Shown here one piece after another: positions 19,197 to 28,559 of a stretch of 64,000 nt of DNA (positions are counted from its first letter, which is position 1; each line of letters begins with the position of its first letter). Source of the stretch: Dehalococcoidia bacterium (GTDB taxonomy: Bacteria; Chloroflexota; Dehalococcoidia; UBA2979); the NCBI GenBank assembly GCA_964291495.2, contig OZ219872.1, positions 64,001 through 128,000 on the forward strand, in the 5' to 3' direction. Made by a program: the position numbers and the translations under genes. The notes beneath the pieces are model-generated. The model ran no database searches, was not told the origin of the DNA, and saw only the letters and a list, made by a program, of their open reading frames with translations.

Positions 19197-20075
19197 ATGG
19201 AGAAGCTGATTATCGAGGCCTCGATCAACGAGTCCGCGCGCAAGGAGGACAACCCGCACGTTCCCTACGGACCGGAGGAAGGCGCGCGCGACGGGATCGC
19301 CGCAGCGAAGGCAGGCGCCGCGATCATCCACTACCACCCGCGCGACGAGGAGGGCCAGAACCTCTGGCACCTCGGCACGGAGATGTACCTCGAGTGCTAC
19401 CGGCTGATCCGCGAGGAGTGCCCGGACGTGCTCGTCTACCCGACGCAGCGCGGCGCGCACGAGGAGAACACGCCGCACCTCTTCGAGCTGGCGCGCAACG
19501 AGGAGGAGGGCCTGGAGCTGGCGACGGTCGACATCTTCCCCGAGGAGGGCATCACCGGGCACGACGGCAGCTTCGTCGCGAAGCTGCTCGAGGATCTGCG
19601 CGCGCTCAACGTCAGCTACAGCATCGGCGTGCGCCACACCGGCCACATGCGGCACATCGCGCGCTTCCACGCGCAGGGGCTGATCGGCGACGTGCTGATC
19701 ATGAAGATCTTCTGGAACGAGTTCTCGCTCGGCCCGCCGCCCGGCATGGACGGCCTCAAGATGTACCTCGATCTGCTGCCGCAGGGTCTCGACTGCCAGT
19801 GGTTCAACACCGTCTACGACGGCCTGCCCGGCGAGCCGACGCTGCGCCGCACCAGCATGCTCGCCGCCGCCACCGGCGGCCACATCCGCACCGGCATCGG
19901 CGAGAACCCGATGCTCGACGGCAAGCGCGGCCAGGACGCCTACACGAACATCGAGCACGTCGAGATGGCGGTGGAGCTGGCGCACCACGCCGGCCGCGAG
20001 GTGGCGACGCCCGACGAGGCGCGCGCGATCCTCGGCATGCCGCCGCGCGAGATCGGGATGCGCCCGAAGGCGTAG
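19197..20075 (+). CDS. beta-keto acid cleavage enzyme (BKACE/DUF849)
   Basis: KLIIEASIN, NPHVP..PEE, GAAIIHYHPRD, GHIRTG, GREVATPDEARAILG. Confidence 0.88.
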   Translation: MEKLIIEASINESARKEDNPHVPYGPEEGARDGIAAAKAGAAIIHYHPRDEEGQNLWHLGTEMYLECYRLIREECPDVLVYPTQRGAHEENTPHLFELARNEEEGLELATVDIFPEEGITGHDGSFVAKLLEDLRALNVSYSIGVRHTGHMRHIARFHAQGLIGDVLIMKIFWNEFSLGPPPGMDGLKMYLDLLPQGLDCQWFNTVYDGLPGEPTLRRTSMLAAATGGHIRTGIGENPMLDGKRGQDAYTNIEHVEMAVELAHHAGREVATPDEARAILGMPPREIGMRPKA

Positions 20076-20086
20076 GCGGGGCGGCG

Positions 20087-21805
20087 CTACTCGTCCAGCA
20101 GCCAGAGCCGCAGCGCCGAGGGGTGCGCGGCGTCGTGCAGCGCCTGCTGCACGGCGGGCCGCGTCTCGACCGCGCGCCACGAGGGCTCGCCGGTGTTCGG
20201 GTTGGCGTCGAAGCGCGGGAAGTTCGAACTCGAGATTTGCAGCCGCAGGCGCTGGCCTGGCGCGAAGCGGTAGGCCGTGCTGCCCAGCTCGATCTCGTAG
20301 CGGTAGGCCTCGCCCGGCGTCACCGGCGAGGGGTCCGTGAGGGACTCGCGGAAGCTCGCGCGCCGGATGCCGTCGCAGAGCGAGATCGCCGTCCCGTCCG
20401 GATCGACGGCGACGAGCTTGGCGGTCCAGTCCGTGTCCGGCGCGTCCGTGACCGCCCACAGCTGGACCGTGACCGGCCCGGCGACCGTGAGCGGCTGCTC
20501 GAACGGCGCGGTCGTGTAGCAGAGCACGTCGTCACGCGCCTCGATCTGCGACTGCTCGCGTGGGCCGGGCTGCCCAACGGACTGCTGGAGCAGCGAGCCG
20601 CCCTCGGTCGGCACGGGGCGCTCCGGGTCGTAGAGGTAGCGGTCGGCGGGCTCCTCACCCTCGGCTGCGGCGTCCTCGAGGCGGCCGTCGCCGCGCGCGC
20701 TGTGCGCCCCGCCGCCGGAGCGCAGGTAGAACGCCTGCTCGCGCGCCTCCGCGGGCGGCCAGGCCGAGGCGTCGCGCCACTCGTTCGAGCCCATCAGGAA
20801 GTAGCGCACGGTCGGCTGCGGCTCCTCGGGCTGCTGCCCGCGCAGGTACTCGTCGAAGAAGGCCAGGTAGGCCACGTCGATGCCGCACAGCCCGACCGGC
20901 GCCGTCCCGCCGAAGTCGACGTCGCCGTGATAGCGCTCGTACGAGGTGTGCGACCACGGCCCCATCCAGAGCCGCTGCCCGGCGACGCCCGCGGCGTGCA
21001 TGCCCTGGAAGTTGCGCACCGTGCCCAGCGTGAAGAGGTCGAACCAGCCCCCGACGTGCATCACGGGCACCCGGAAGTCCGCGTAGTCCCTCGAGAGGCG
21101 CAGCGCCTCCCAGTGCTCGTCGCGGCGGTCGTGCTCCAGCCACTCCGCCCAGTAGGGCGCGACGCCGGGGATCGACATCCCCGGCAGCTCGCTCAGCGGG
21201 CGGTGCCGCAGCGTCTCCAGCGGCGAGGCCATCGCGAGGGCGAGCGCCTCCGCGTCGGCCTCGGAGGCGGCGCTGTCCTCGCGCAGCAGCTGGGCGGCGG
21301 CGAGGCCCATGCCCCAGGTGCCGCTGAAGCCGAGTTGCAGCGCCCCTCCGTAGTGCGTCCAGTCGTCGAAGTAGTCGCTGGCGGTGATGATCGCGGCGGC
21401 GCAGCGCAGCGAGGGCGGCCCTTCGCGCGCCGCAAGCAGCGTCGTCGCGCCATAGTAGGAGAGCCCGAAGATGCCGACGTTGCCGTCGCAGAACGGCTGC
21501 GCGGCCAGCCACTCGACCGTGTCGTAACCGTCGCGGCCCTCGTTGTGGAACGGCTCGAAGACGCCGTCCGAGGAGTAGCGGCCGCGCACGTCGACGACGA
21601 GCACGGCGTAGCCGGCCTCGGCGAACTTGAGCGGCGCCGGCAACACCCGCGTGGCGCCGATCGCCTCCTTGTCGTACGGGGTGCGGCAGACGATGCCGGG
21701 AACGGGGGCGCCCTCGGCGGGGCGGTAGAGGTCGCCGCGCGTCTCGACGCCGTCGCGCAGCGTCACCGTGACGTGCTTCTCGACGAGCACTCGATCGACC
21801 GCCAT
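20087..21805 (-). CDS. CocE/NonD family serine hydrolase
   Basis: RDGV, RTPYDK, DVRGRYSSDG, GLSYYG, GGWFD, GPWSH, SSSNFPRFDANPNTG. Confidence 0.93.
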   Translation of the reverse strand: MAVDRVLVEKHVTVTLRDGVETRGDLYRPAEGAPVPGIVCRTPYDKEAIGATRVLPAPLKFAEAGYAVLVVDVRGRYSSDGVFEPFHNEGRDGYDTVEWLAAQPFCDGNVGIFGLSYYGATTLLAAREGPPSLRCAAAIITASDYFDDWTHYGGALQLGFSGTWGMGLAAAQLLREDSAASEADAEALALAMASPLETLRHRPLSELPGMSIPGVAPYWAEWLEHDRRDEHWEALRLSRDYADFRVPVMHVGGWFDLFTLGTVRNFQGMHAAGVAGQRLWMGPWSHTSYERYHGDVDFGGTAPVGLCGIDVAYLAFFDEYLRGQQPEEPQPTVRYFLMGSNEWRDASAWPPAEAREQAFYLRSGGGAHSARGDGRLEDAAAEGEEPADRYLYDPERPVPTEGGSLLQQSVGQPGPREQSQIEARDDVLCYTTAPFEQPLTVAGPVTVQLWAVTDAPDTDWTAKLVAVDPDGTAISLCDGIRRASFRESLTDPSPVTPGEAYRYEIELGSTAYRFAPGQRLRLQISSSNFPRFDANPNTGEPSWRAVETRPAVQQALHDAAHPSALRLWLLDE

Positions 21806-21892
21806 CGCCGTTCCTCCCGCAAGATTGGCGCCGAGAGCATATCCTGAGGCCGGCGCCGCTCAGGTGCACGCGGCGGGGAAGCGGGGGACACG

Positions 21893-22840
21893 ATGGCGCA
21901 GGTTGAGACCGTTCTTGGACCGATCGACGACAGCGAGCTGGGATTCACCCTCAGCCATGAGCACGTCTTCACCTGCCAGAGCGCGGACAACCACTGGTAC
22001 CCGTGGCTCTACGACCTCGACGCCAGCCGCCGCGTGATCCTCGAGCGGCTCGCGGCGGCGCGCGCCGCGGGCGTGCAGACGCTGATCGACCTGACCACGC
22101 CCGACCTCGGGCGCGACGTGGCGCTGATGCGGGAGATGTCGGAGCAGTCCGGCATGCAGGTGGTCTGCGCGACGGGCATGTGGCGCGTCGCCCCGATGTC
22201 CTTCACCAACCGCGAGCCGGACGAGATCGCCGACATCTTCGTGCGCGAGATCGAGGTCGGCATCGGCGACAGCGGCATCAAGGCCGGCGCGATCAAGGTC
22301 GCCAACGATATGGAGGGCGTCACCGAGGCGTACGACTCGACGATCCGCGGCGCGGCGCGCGCCTGCAAGCGCACCGGCACCCCGATCTCGACGCACCACT
22401 GGGCGCTGCTCGAGGTGGGCCGCCGCCAGGTCGAGATCTTCCAGGAGGAGGGCGTGCCGATGGACCGCGTGGCGATCGGCCACTCCGCCGACACGACGGA
22501 CGTCGACTACCTCGAGGATCTGCTGAAAGCCGGCGTCTACCTCTCGATGGACCGCTACCCGGGCCGCCCGGGGCGGGCGAACTGGGAGGAGCGCAACGCG
22601 AGCGTGAAGGAGCTGATCCGGCGCGGCTGGGCGGACAAGATCATGCTCGGCCACGACGGCACCACGCCGCTGCTGCGCGTCGGCCAGACCGAGATCGAGC
22701 ACGACCCGACGGGCCCGAACGGCTGGACCTTCCTCTCCACGACCGCGCTGCCCGCGCTGCTGCAGGACGGCCTCCCGCAGGAGACGATCGACCTGATGAT
22801 GATCGAGGTGCCTCGGCGCTTCCTCAGCGGCGAGGCGTAG
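21893..22840 (+). CDS. phosphotriesterase/lactonase family protein
   Basis: LGFTLSHEH, LGRD, GAIKVA (carboxylated Lys), STHH, IGHS, GHD. Confidence 0.92.
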   Translation: MAQVETVLGPIDDSELGFTLSHEHVFTCQSADNHWYPWLYDLDASRRVILERLAAARAAGVQTLIDLTTPDLGRDVALMREMSEQSGMQVVCATGMWRVAPMSFTNREPDEIADIFVREIEVGIGDSGIKAGAIKVANDMEGVTEAYDSTIRGAARACKRTGTPISTHHWALLEVGRRQVEIFQEEGVPMDRVAIGHSADTTDVDYLEDLLKAGVYLSMDRYPGRPGRANWEERNASVKELIRRGWADKIMLGHDGTTPLLRVGQTEIEHDPTGPNGWTFLSTTALPALLQDGLPQETIDLMMIEVPRRFLSGEA

Positions 22841-22865
22841 GACGCCGGGGAGGGAGCGGTCTCCG

Positions 22866-23663
22866 ATGGCTTACGAGGCGGAGTTCGTCAGGTACGAGCT
22901 GGACGGCCACGTCGCCACGATCACGATGAACCGCCCGGAGCGGCTCAACGCCTTCGGCGAGCAGACCGCCGACGAGCTCGGCGGCGCCTGGTTGGAGGCG
23001 ATGGGCGACGACGCCGTGCGCTGCGTCATCCTCACCGGCGAGGGCCGCGTCTTCTGCGCCGGCCGCGACATCCGCGAGCAGCGGGAGCTCGAGGGGCGGC
23101 AGCGGCGCTCCGACGGCCGCGTCGCCGCGTCGCGCGCCGATGTCCTCGGCTTCTTCCACGTGCCCGAGACGGACAAGCCGATCATCGCCGCCGTGCGTGG
23201 CGGCGCCTGGGGCGCGGGCTGGTTCATGTGCTGCGGCAGCGACATCGTGGTCGCCGCCTCCGACGCCCGCTTCGCGATGTCCCACCTGCCGACGGGCATC
23301 ATCGGGCCCGCGTTCGTGCCGGTCCTCAACAACCTCCCCTGGCTGCCCGGATCGGAGATCGTGCTGCGCGGCCACCAGATCCCGGCCCAGCGAGCGTACG
23401 CGCTCGGCCTCGTCAACCACGTCGTCCCCGCGGACGACGTCCTGAGCACCGCGCGCGACCTCGCCGAGGAGATCGCGGGGCTGCCGCCGGTCCACGTGCA
23501 GGTCACCAAGCAGCAACTGATGATGGCGCGCCGGAGGCCGTCCACGTACCAGCAGGGGATTGCGTTCCCGCAGGCCTTCCAGGGCCTGATGACGCTCGAG
23601 GACACGCGAGAGGCCGCGGCCGCCTTCGCCGAGCGGCGCACGCCGGTCTTCCGGGGCCGCTAG
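22866..23663 (+). CDS. crotonase family, copy 2
   Basis: MNRPERLNAF, FCAGRDI, KPIIAAV, AMSHLPTG, AFAERRTPVFRGR. Confidence 0.92.
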   Translation: MAYEAEFVRYELDGHVATITMNRPERLNAFGEQTADELGGAWLEAMGDDAVRCVILTGEGRVFCAGRDIREQRELEGRQRRSDGRVAASRADVLGFFHVPETDKPIIAAVRGGAWGAGWFMCCGSDIVVAASDARFAMSHLPTGIIGPAFVPVLNNLPWLPGSEIVLRGHQIPAQRAYALGLVNHVVPADDVLSTARDLAEEIAGLPPVHVQVTKQQLMMARRRPSTYQQGIAFPQAFQGLMTLEDTREAAAAFAERRTPVFRGR

Positions 23664-23701
23664 CGCTTCGCCGCCCCCTCGACGCGCCGATCCCGCCTCC
23701 G

Positions 23702-24793
23702 CTAGAACTCGATGATCGAGCGGCCGGCGATCTCGCCGCGGCGCAGGCGCTCCGTGGCGTCGTTGATGTCGTCGAGGGCGACGCGCTCGCTGACCAGCAG
23801 ATCGAGGTCGAGCATTCCCTCCTTGTGCCAGCGGATGAACTCCGGGAAGTCGCGATCGGGGCGGCAGGAGCCGCCGTACGAGCCGATGAAGCGCTTCTCG
23901 CCTCGCAGGATGTCGAGCATGTTCAGCGAGGCCTCGCCGTCCGGGACGCCGACCAGCACCGCCGTGCCGCCGCGCGTGTTCGTGATGTCGCCGGGCCGCA
24001 CCGCCTCGGCGATCTGGTGCATCGTGATCTCCTTGCCGATGCAGTCGAAGGCGAACTCCAGCCCGCTCGTCGGCTGGTTGAACCAGTTCGTCGTGCCCGG
24101 CCCCGTCAGCTCGCCGATCGCCGTCACCGCGTCGCGCTCGGCGGCGTTCACGCCGATCGTCGCGCCGAAGCGCTTCGCCAGCTCCAGCTTCGCGTCGTCG
24201 AGGTCGACGGCGATGATCGGGTCGGCCTCGCGCACGGCGAGCGCGCTGATCGCCGACAGCCCGACGCCGCCGACGCCGAAGACGGCGGCGGACTGGCCAC
24301 GCCGCACGTTCGCCGTGTTGAGCACGGCGCCCGCGCCCGTCATCACGGCGCAGCCGATGATGCTGGTGACGTCGCGCGCCACGTCGTCGGGCACGCGCAC
24401 GACGTACTCCTGGCGGGCGAGGGTGTGCTCCGACCAGGTGTAGATGGCCCGCGCGATGTTCTCGCCTCGCCAGCGGATCTCGCCCGTGAGCTGCGCCGGC
24501 TGGCCGTCGCCGGGCGAGGCGTCGCGCGGGATCCAGGTGAGGAAGACGATGTCGCCGGGCGCGACGTGGTCGACGTCCGCGCCGACCGCGACGACCTCGC
24601 TCGTCGCCTCGTGGCCGAGCATGAAGGGGCCGGGCACGGCGCGCGGGCCGTGCATCTGGTGCAGCTGCGAGTGGCAGATGCCGGAGGCGAAGTTTCGCAC
24701 CAGCACCTCGCCCGGGCCCGGCTCGCCGTACTCGACATCCTCGACGAGGAGTGGCTGGCCCGGCTCGGTGAAGATCGCGGCTTTCGACTGCAT
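23702..24793 (-). CDS. Zn-binding medium-chain alcohol dehydrogenase
   Basis: GICHS, LGHE, IGCAVMTGAGA, VFGVGGVG; ATG 24793 after AAGGAG; lacks the four-Cys structural Zn loop. Confidence 0.9.
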   Translation of the reverse strand: MQSKAAIFTEPGQPLLVEDVEYGEPGPGEVLVRNFASGICHSQLHQMHGPRAVPGPFMLGHEATSEVVAVGADVDHVAPGDIVFLTWIPRDASPGDGQPAQLTGEIRWRGENIARAIYTWSEHTLARQEYVVRVPDDVARDVTSIIGCAVMTGAGAVLNTANVRRGQSAAVFGVGGVGLSAISALAVREADPIIAVDLDDAKLELAKRFGATIGVNAAERDAVTAIGELTGPGTTNWFNQPTSGLEFAFDCIGKEITMHQIAEAVRPGDITNTRGGTAVLVGVPDGEASLNMLDILRGEKRFIGSYGGSCRPDRDFPEFIRWHKEGMLDLDLLVSERVALDDINDATERLRRGEIAGRSIIEF

Positions 24794-25143
24794 CTCGCGG
24801 CTCCTTCGCGCTGCGCCGCCGCGCCCGGCGGCGGCGGGCGGCGAAGTCCGGTATAGCACGACTCGCCGCGGCGCGGGCGGGCGGGGGGCGATGCCCTCCA
24901 CCCCCTGTTCGCATGGCGAAATCCCGTGTCGAGCGGGCCGGTCCCCTCCCCTCCCCGGTGGGCGCGGCGCGGCGCTCGGGGCGAGGAGGCGCCGTGCGTT
25001 GCCCCTCCCCGGCTCGTCGTGTAGGGTGCGGGCCGGTCGCGGAGTGTTCGGGCACGCCGCCGTTTCGATTGGCGCCCGGACCCGCGGCGAGAGACAGCGC
25101 ACGAGCATCACCAGAGACGCGGGAACGAGAACAGGGAGCGCAG

Positions 25144-25932
25144 ATGGCCTACGAGGCAGAGTACGTCAAGTACGAGGTGGACGGGCACGTCGCCAACATC
25201 ATCATGAACCGGCCCGAGCGGCTCAACGCCTTCGGGGAGCAGATGGGCGACGAGCTCGGCGGCGCCTGGATGGAGGCGATGGCCGACGACAACGTGCGCT
25301 GCATCGTGCTCAGCGCCGAGGGCCGCATCTTCTGCGCCGGCCGCGACATCCGCGAGCAGGCCGAACGGGGCGGCAACACCATGGGCGCCCGCGGGCCCTC
25401 CCGCGCCGAGATCTTCGGCCTCTACCTGGTGCCGGAGACGGACAAGCCGATCATCTCCGCCGTGCAGGGCGGCGCCTGGGGCGCCGGCTGGTACATGTGC
25501 TGCGGCTCCGACATCGTGGTCTCCGCGGACAACGCCCGCTTCGCCATGTCCGAGCTGCCGACGGGCATCATCGGCCCGGCGTTCGTGCCGATCCTCAACA
25601 ACCTGCCCTGGCTGCCCGGCTCCGAGATCGTGCTGCGCGGCCACCAGATCTCGGCGCAGCGCGCCTACGAGCTCGGCCTCGTCAACCACGTCGTCGCGCC
25701 CGAGGACATCATGAGCACCGCGATGGAACTGGCCCAGGAGATCGCCGGCCTGCCGCCGGTCCACGTCCAGGTCACGAAGCAGCAGCTGATGATGGCGCGC
25801 CCACGGCCGGACAGCTACCAGTTCGGCATCTCGTTCCCGCAGGCGATGGGCGGCCTGATGAAGCTCGACGACACGCGGGAGGCCGCGGCCGCCTTCGCGG
25901 AGAAGCGCCAGCCGATCTTCCACGGCCGCTAG
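25144..25932 (+). CDS. crotonase family, copy 3
   Basis: MAYEAEYVKYE, NRPERLNAF, FCAGRDI, AMSELPTG, AFAEKRQPIFHGR; GGGAG RBS. Confidence 0.92.
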   Translation: MAYEAEYVKYEVDGHVANIIMNRPERLNAFGEQMGDELGGAWMEAMADDNVRCIVLSAEGRIFCAGRDIREQAERGGNTMGARGPSRAEIFGLYLVPETDKPIISAVQGGAWGAGWYMCCGSDIVVSADNARFAMSELPTGIIGPAFVPILNNLPWLPGSEIVLRGHQISAQRAYELGLVNHVVAPEDIMSTAMELAQEIAGLPPVHVQVTKQQLMMARPRPDSYQFGISFPQAMGGLMKLDDTREAAAAFAEKRQPIFHGR

Positions 25933-25946
25933 GCCCGCGAGGATCC

Positions 25947-25991
25947 GGACAGCACGCCGGGCGGCCCGGGCCGCCCGGCGTTTTGTTGTCC
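25947..25991 (+). terminator. intrinsic terminator
   Basis: Hairpin CGCCGGGCGGCC-CG-GGCCGCCCGGCG followed by TTTTGTT. Confidence 0.82.
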
Positions 25992-26094
25992 GCCGCCTGC
26001 CGCTGCCCCGTAGGCGGCCTCGCGCTACAATCTGCCGCGTTGCGCGCGCCTCCCGCACGTGCGAACCACTCACTGGACGGCGGAAGGTGAGCCA

Positions 26095-27612
26095 ATGAGC
26101 GACGCGCCCGCGATCAGCGCCGAGCACCCGCTGGAGCCGATCCTCCACCCGCGATCGATCGCGATCGTCGGCGTCCCGCGCGAGGTCAACAACCCGCGCG
26201 GCGGCGGCTTCCTGCTCGCCCTGCTCGACCAGGGCTTCGAGCAGGAGAAGCCGCTCTACCTCGTCAACCCCAACGCCGACGAGATCCAGGGCCTGCCCTG
26301 CTACCCCTCGCTGCTCGACACCCCCGGCCCCGTCGATCACGTCATCTCGAGCGTGCCCGCGCGCGCCGTCGAGGGGCTGATCGAGCAGGCCATCGAGAAG
26401 GGCGTGCGCTCGATCCACTTCTACACCGCCGGCTTCGCCGAGATCGGCGACCCCGAGTTGGCGGAGTTGCAGGATCGGCTGATGGCGAGGGCGGTCGACG
26501 CCGGCATCCGCGTGATCGGCCCCAACTGCATGGGCCTCTACGTCCCCGCCGAGAAGATCGCCTTCCAGAACGGCTTCCCCTCCGAGCCGGGGAACGTGAT
26601 GGCGATCTCTCAGTCCGGCGGCAACGCGATGGACATCATCTTCGGGCTCGCCCTGCGCGGCGTGCGCTTCTCCAAGCTCGTCTCCTTCGGCAACGCCGCC
26701 GACGTCGCCGCGCCCGAGCTGTTCGACTACGCGGCGAGCGATCCCGACACCGAGTACGTGATCTCCTACCTCGAGGGCGCCGACGGCGGCCGCGAGCTGT
26801 TCGAGGCGGTGCGGCGCTGCGCGCGCGTCAAGCCGACGATCATCCTCAAGGGCGGCCTCACCGCCGCCGGCGCGCGCGCCGCCAACTCGCACACCGGGTC
26901 GCTCGCCGGCTCGCGCGACGTCTTCGAGGCGATGTGCCGCCAGACCGGCGCGATCCGCGCCTCGACGATGACCGAGCTGCACGATCTGCTGATCGGCGTC
27001 AGCACCAACCTGCGCCACGTCCGGGGCCCGCGCGCGATGATGGTCGGCGGCGGCGGCGGCTTCTCCGTCCTCGCCGCCGACGCGATGGCCAACGTCGGCG
27101 TCGACCTCCCGGAGCTGGCCGAGCAGACGACCGCCGAGCTGCGGCGCCTCATGCCCATCGCCGGCAACAGCATCCGCAACCCGATCGACGCCAGCCACTT
27201 CCACTCCGGCGACGCCCGCGAGGACTCGCTGCGCGAGGTGCTGCGCGTCGCCGCCCACGCGCCGGATGTCGACGCGCTGTTCGTCACCACCGGCAGCGCG
27301 CCGAGCTGGATCGACCCGCCCGCGCCGGGCGCGAAGCCCGACCCGGAGCGCGAGCGGCGCCGCGCCGAGCGCCGCCTGCTCGCCGAGAAGCAGTCGATGC
27401 AGGACCTGATCGACCTCCAGGCCGAGGCCGAGCGCCCCGTGATCGGCGTGCGCCGCGCCCGCGGCGTCGAGCGCTGGCTCGCCGACGAGGTGCTGGAGCT
27501 CGCCTACGAGCACGGCCTCGCCGTCTTCCCCTCGCTGCCGCGCGCCGCCCGCACCGTCGGCCGCCTGCTCGAATGGCGAGAGCGCCGCGAGGGCCTCCCG
27601 GAGCTGTTCTGA
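26095..27612 (+). CDS. CoA-binding protein, NDP-forming acyl-CoA synthetase alpha-subunit-like
   Basis: HPRSIAIVG, LVNP, GPNCMG, SQSGG, SFGNAAD, YLEG, NSHTGSLAGS, RNPID; no ATP-grasp domain. Confidence 0.9.
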   Translation: MSDAPAISAEHPLEPILHPRSIAIVGVPREVNNPRGGGFLLALLDQGFEQEKPLYLVNPNADEIQGLPCYPSLLDTPGPVDHVISSVPARAVEGLIEQAIEKGVRSIHFYTAGFAEIGDPELAELQDRLMARAVDAGIRVIGPNCMGLYVPAEKIAFQNGFPSEPGNVMAISQSGGNAMDIIFGLALRGVRFSKLVSFGNAADVAAPELFDYAASDPDTEYVISYLEGADGGRELFEAVRRCARVKPTIILKGGLTAAGARAANSHTGSLAGSRDVFEAMCRQTGAIRASTMTELHDLLIGVSTNLRHVRGPRAMMVGGGGGFSVLAADAMANVGVDLPELAEQTTAELRRLMPIAGNSIRNPIDASHFHSGDAREDSLREVLRVAAHAPDVDALFVTTGSAPSWIDPPAPGAKPDPERERRRAERRLLAEKQSMQDLIDLQAEAERPVIGVRRARGVERWLADEVLELAYEHGLAVFPSLPRAARTVGRLLEWRERREGLPELF

Positions 27613-27637
27613 TCGTTCTCCCGCCCCGATCCCTCCG

Positions 27638-28552
27638 ATGACCGCCGCCGCCCCGCTGCTCGTCGGCCAGTCGCTCGAGCTGTGGCGCGAGCCGCTCGCC
27701 GGGGCGCTGCGCCGCCGCGACCCGCGGCCGCTGGCCGCCCGCGCCCGCCGCCAGCTCGAGGCCGCGAGCGACGCCGGCCTCGAGCGCGTCGCCCTCGACC
27801 TCAATCGCGGCCTCGGCGACGGCGAGCCGCCCGCGCGCCTCGCGAACGACCTCGCCTGGGCGGCTGCGGCTGTGCGCGGCGCCGCGCCGGGCGTCGCGCT
27901 CTGGCTCGACTGCGGCAGCCACGAGGCGCTGACGGCGGTGCTGGCGGAGATCCCGCCGCCCGTCACCGTCAACGCCGTCTTCCCCGGCCGCCCCGGCGCA
28001 CACGAGCTGCTCGCCGCCGCCGCACGGACCGGCGCGGGCGTCGTCGTCTCGCCGGCCGGGAGCGCCGCCGCCGACCTCGCCGGCCTGCTGCGCGAGGCGG
28101 AGCGGGCGCGCGCCCTGCTCGCCGGGGCGGGACTCGCCGAGGCCTGGTTCGACTGTCTCGCCGCGCCCCCGCCCGCGCCGCCAAGCCGTGCGCTCGACCT
28201 CGTGCGCGCGCTCGCCTCCGCGGGCGCCGCGACGCCGCGGCTGCGGCCGCTGCTGGCGGCGGGCAACGTCGCGCACCTCCCCGGCGCGACGCCCGCGCTG
28301 CGCGACGCCCTGCGCGCCCTCTACGCCGCCGCCGCCCGCGGCGCGGGCGTCGCGGCGCTGATCGCGCCGCTCGAGCAGCCCTCGCTGCTCGCCGCCGCCT
28401 CCGGCGGGCCGCCGCCCGGCGACCCCATCGGACGCTGGCTGCACGACGCCGCCGAGGCGTCCGCACGCGGCGAGCCGCCCTCGAGGCCGGACGCGTCGCT
28501 CGCGGCGTCGCAGCCCGAGTTGGAACAGGCCCGGGAGTTGCTGTTCGGCTAG
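27638..28552 (+). CDS. divergent pterin-binding TIM-barrel protein (AcsE/MeTr-like)
   Basis: N-terminus LLVGQSL..ALRRRDPRPLAARARRQLEA..ALDLNRG parallels AcsE (IIGE..AI.ERD..V..ARRQ..GA.ALDLNVG); also LWLD, VTVNA, AGNVA. Confidence 0.55.
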   Translation: MTAAAPLLVGQSLELWREPLAGALRRRDPRPLAARARRQLEAASDAGLERVALDLNRGLGDGEPPARLANDLAWAAAAVRGAAPGVALWLDCGSHEALTAVLAEIPPPVTVNAVFPGRPGAHELLAAAARTGAGVVVSPAGSAAADLAGLLREAERARALLAGAGLAEAWFDCLAAPPPAPPSRALDLVRALASAGAATPRLRPLLAAGNVAHLPGATPALRDALRALYAAAARGAGVAALIAPLEQPSLLAAASGGPPPGDPIGRWLHDAAEASARGEPPSRPDASLAASQPELEQARELLFG

Positions 28553-28559
28553 TTCGGCC

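Noticed and set aside
24794-25143. ncRNA in the 350-bp GC-rich intergenic region
   Set aside because: No recognisable RNA motif; adequately explained as a divergent promoter region.
12113-25932. Repeated DNA as mobile-element or assembly-duplication signature
   Set aside because: Similarity is confined to the crotonase coding sequences, with many substitutions; no terminal repeats or transposase.
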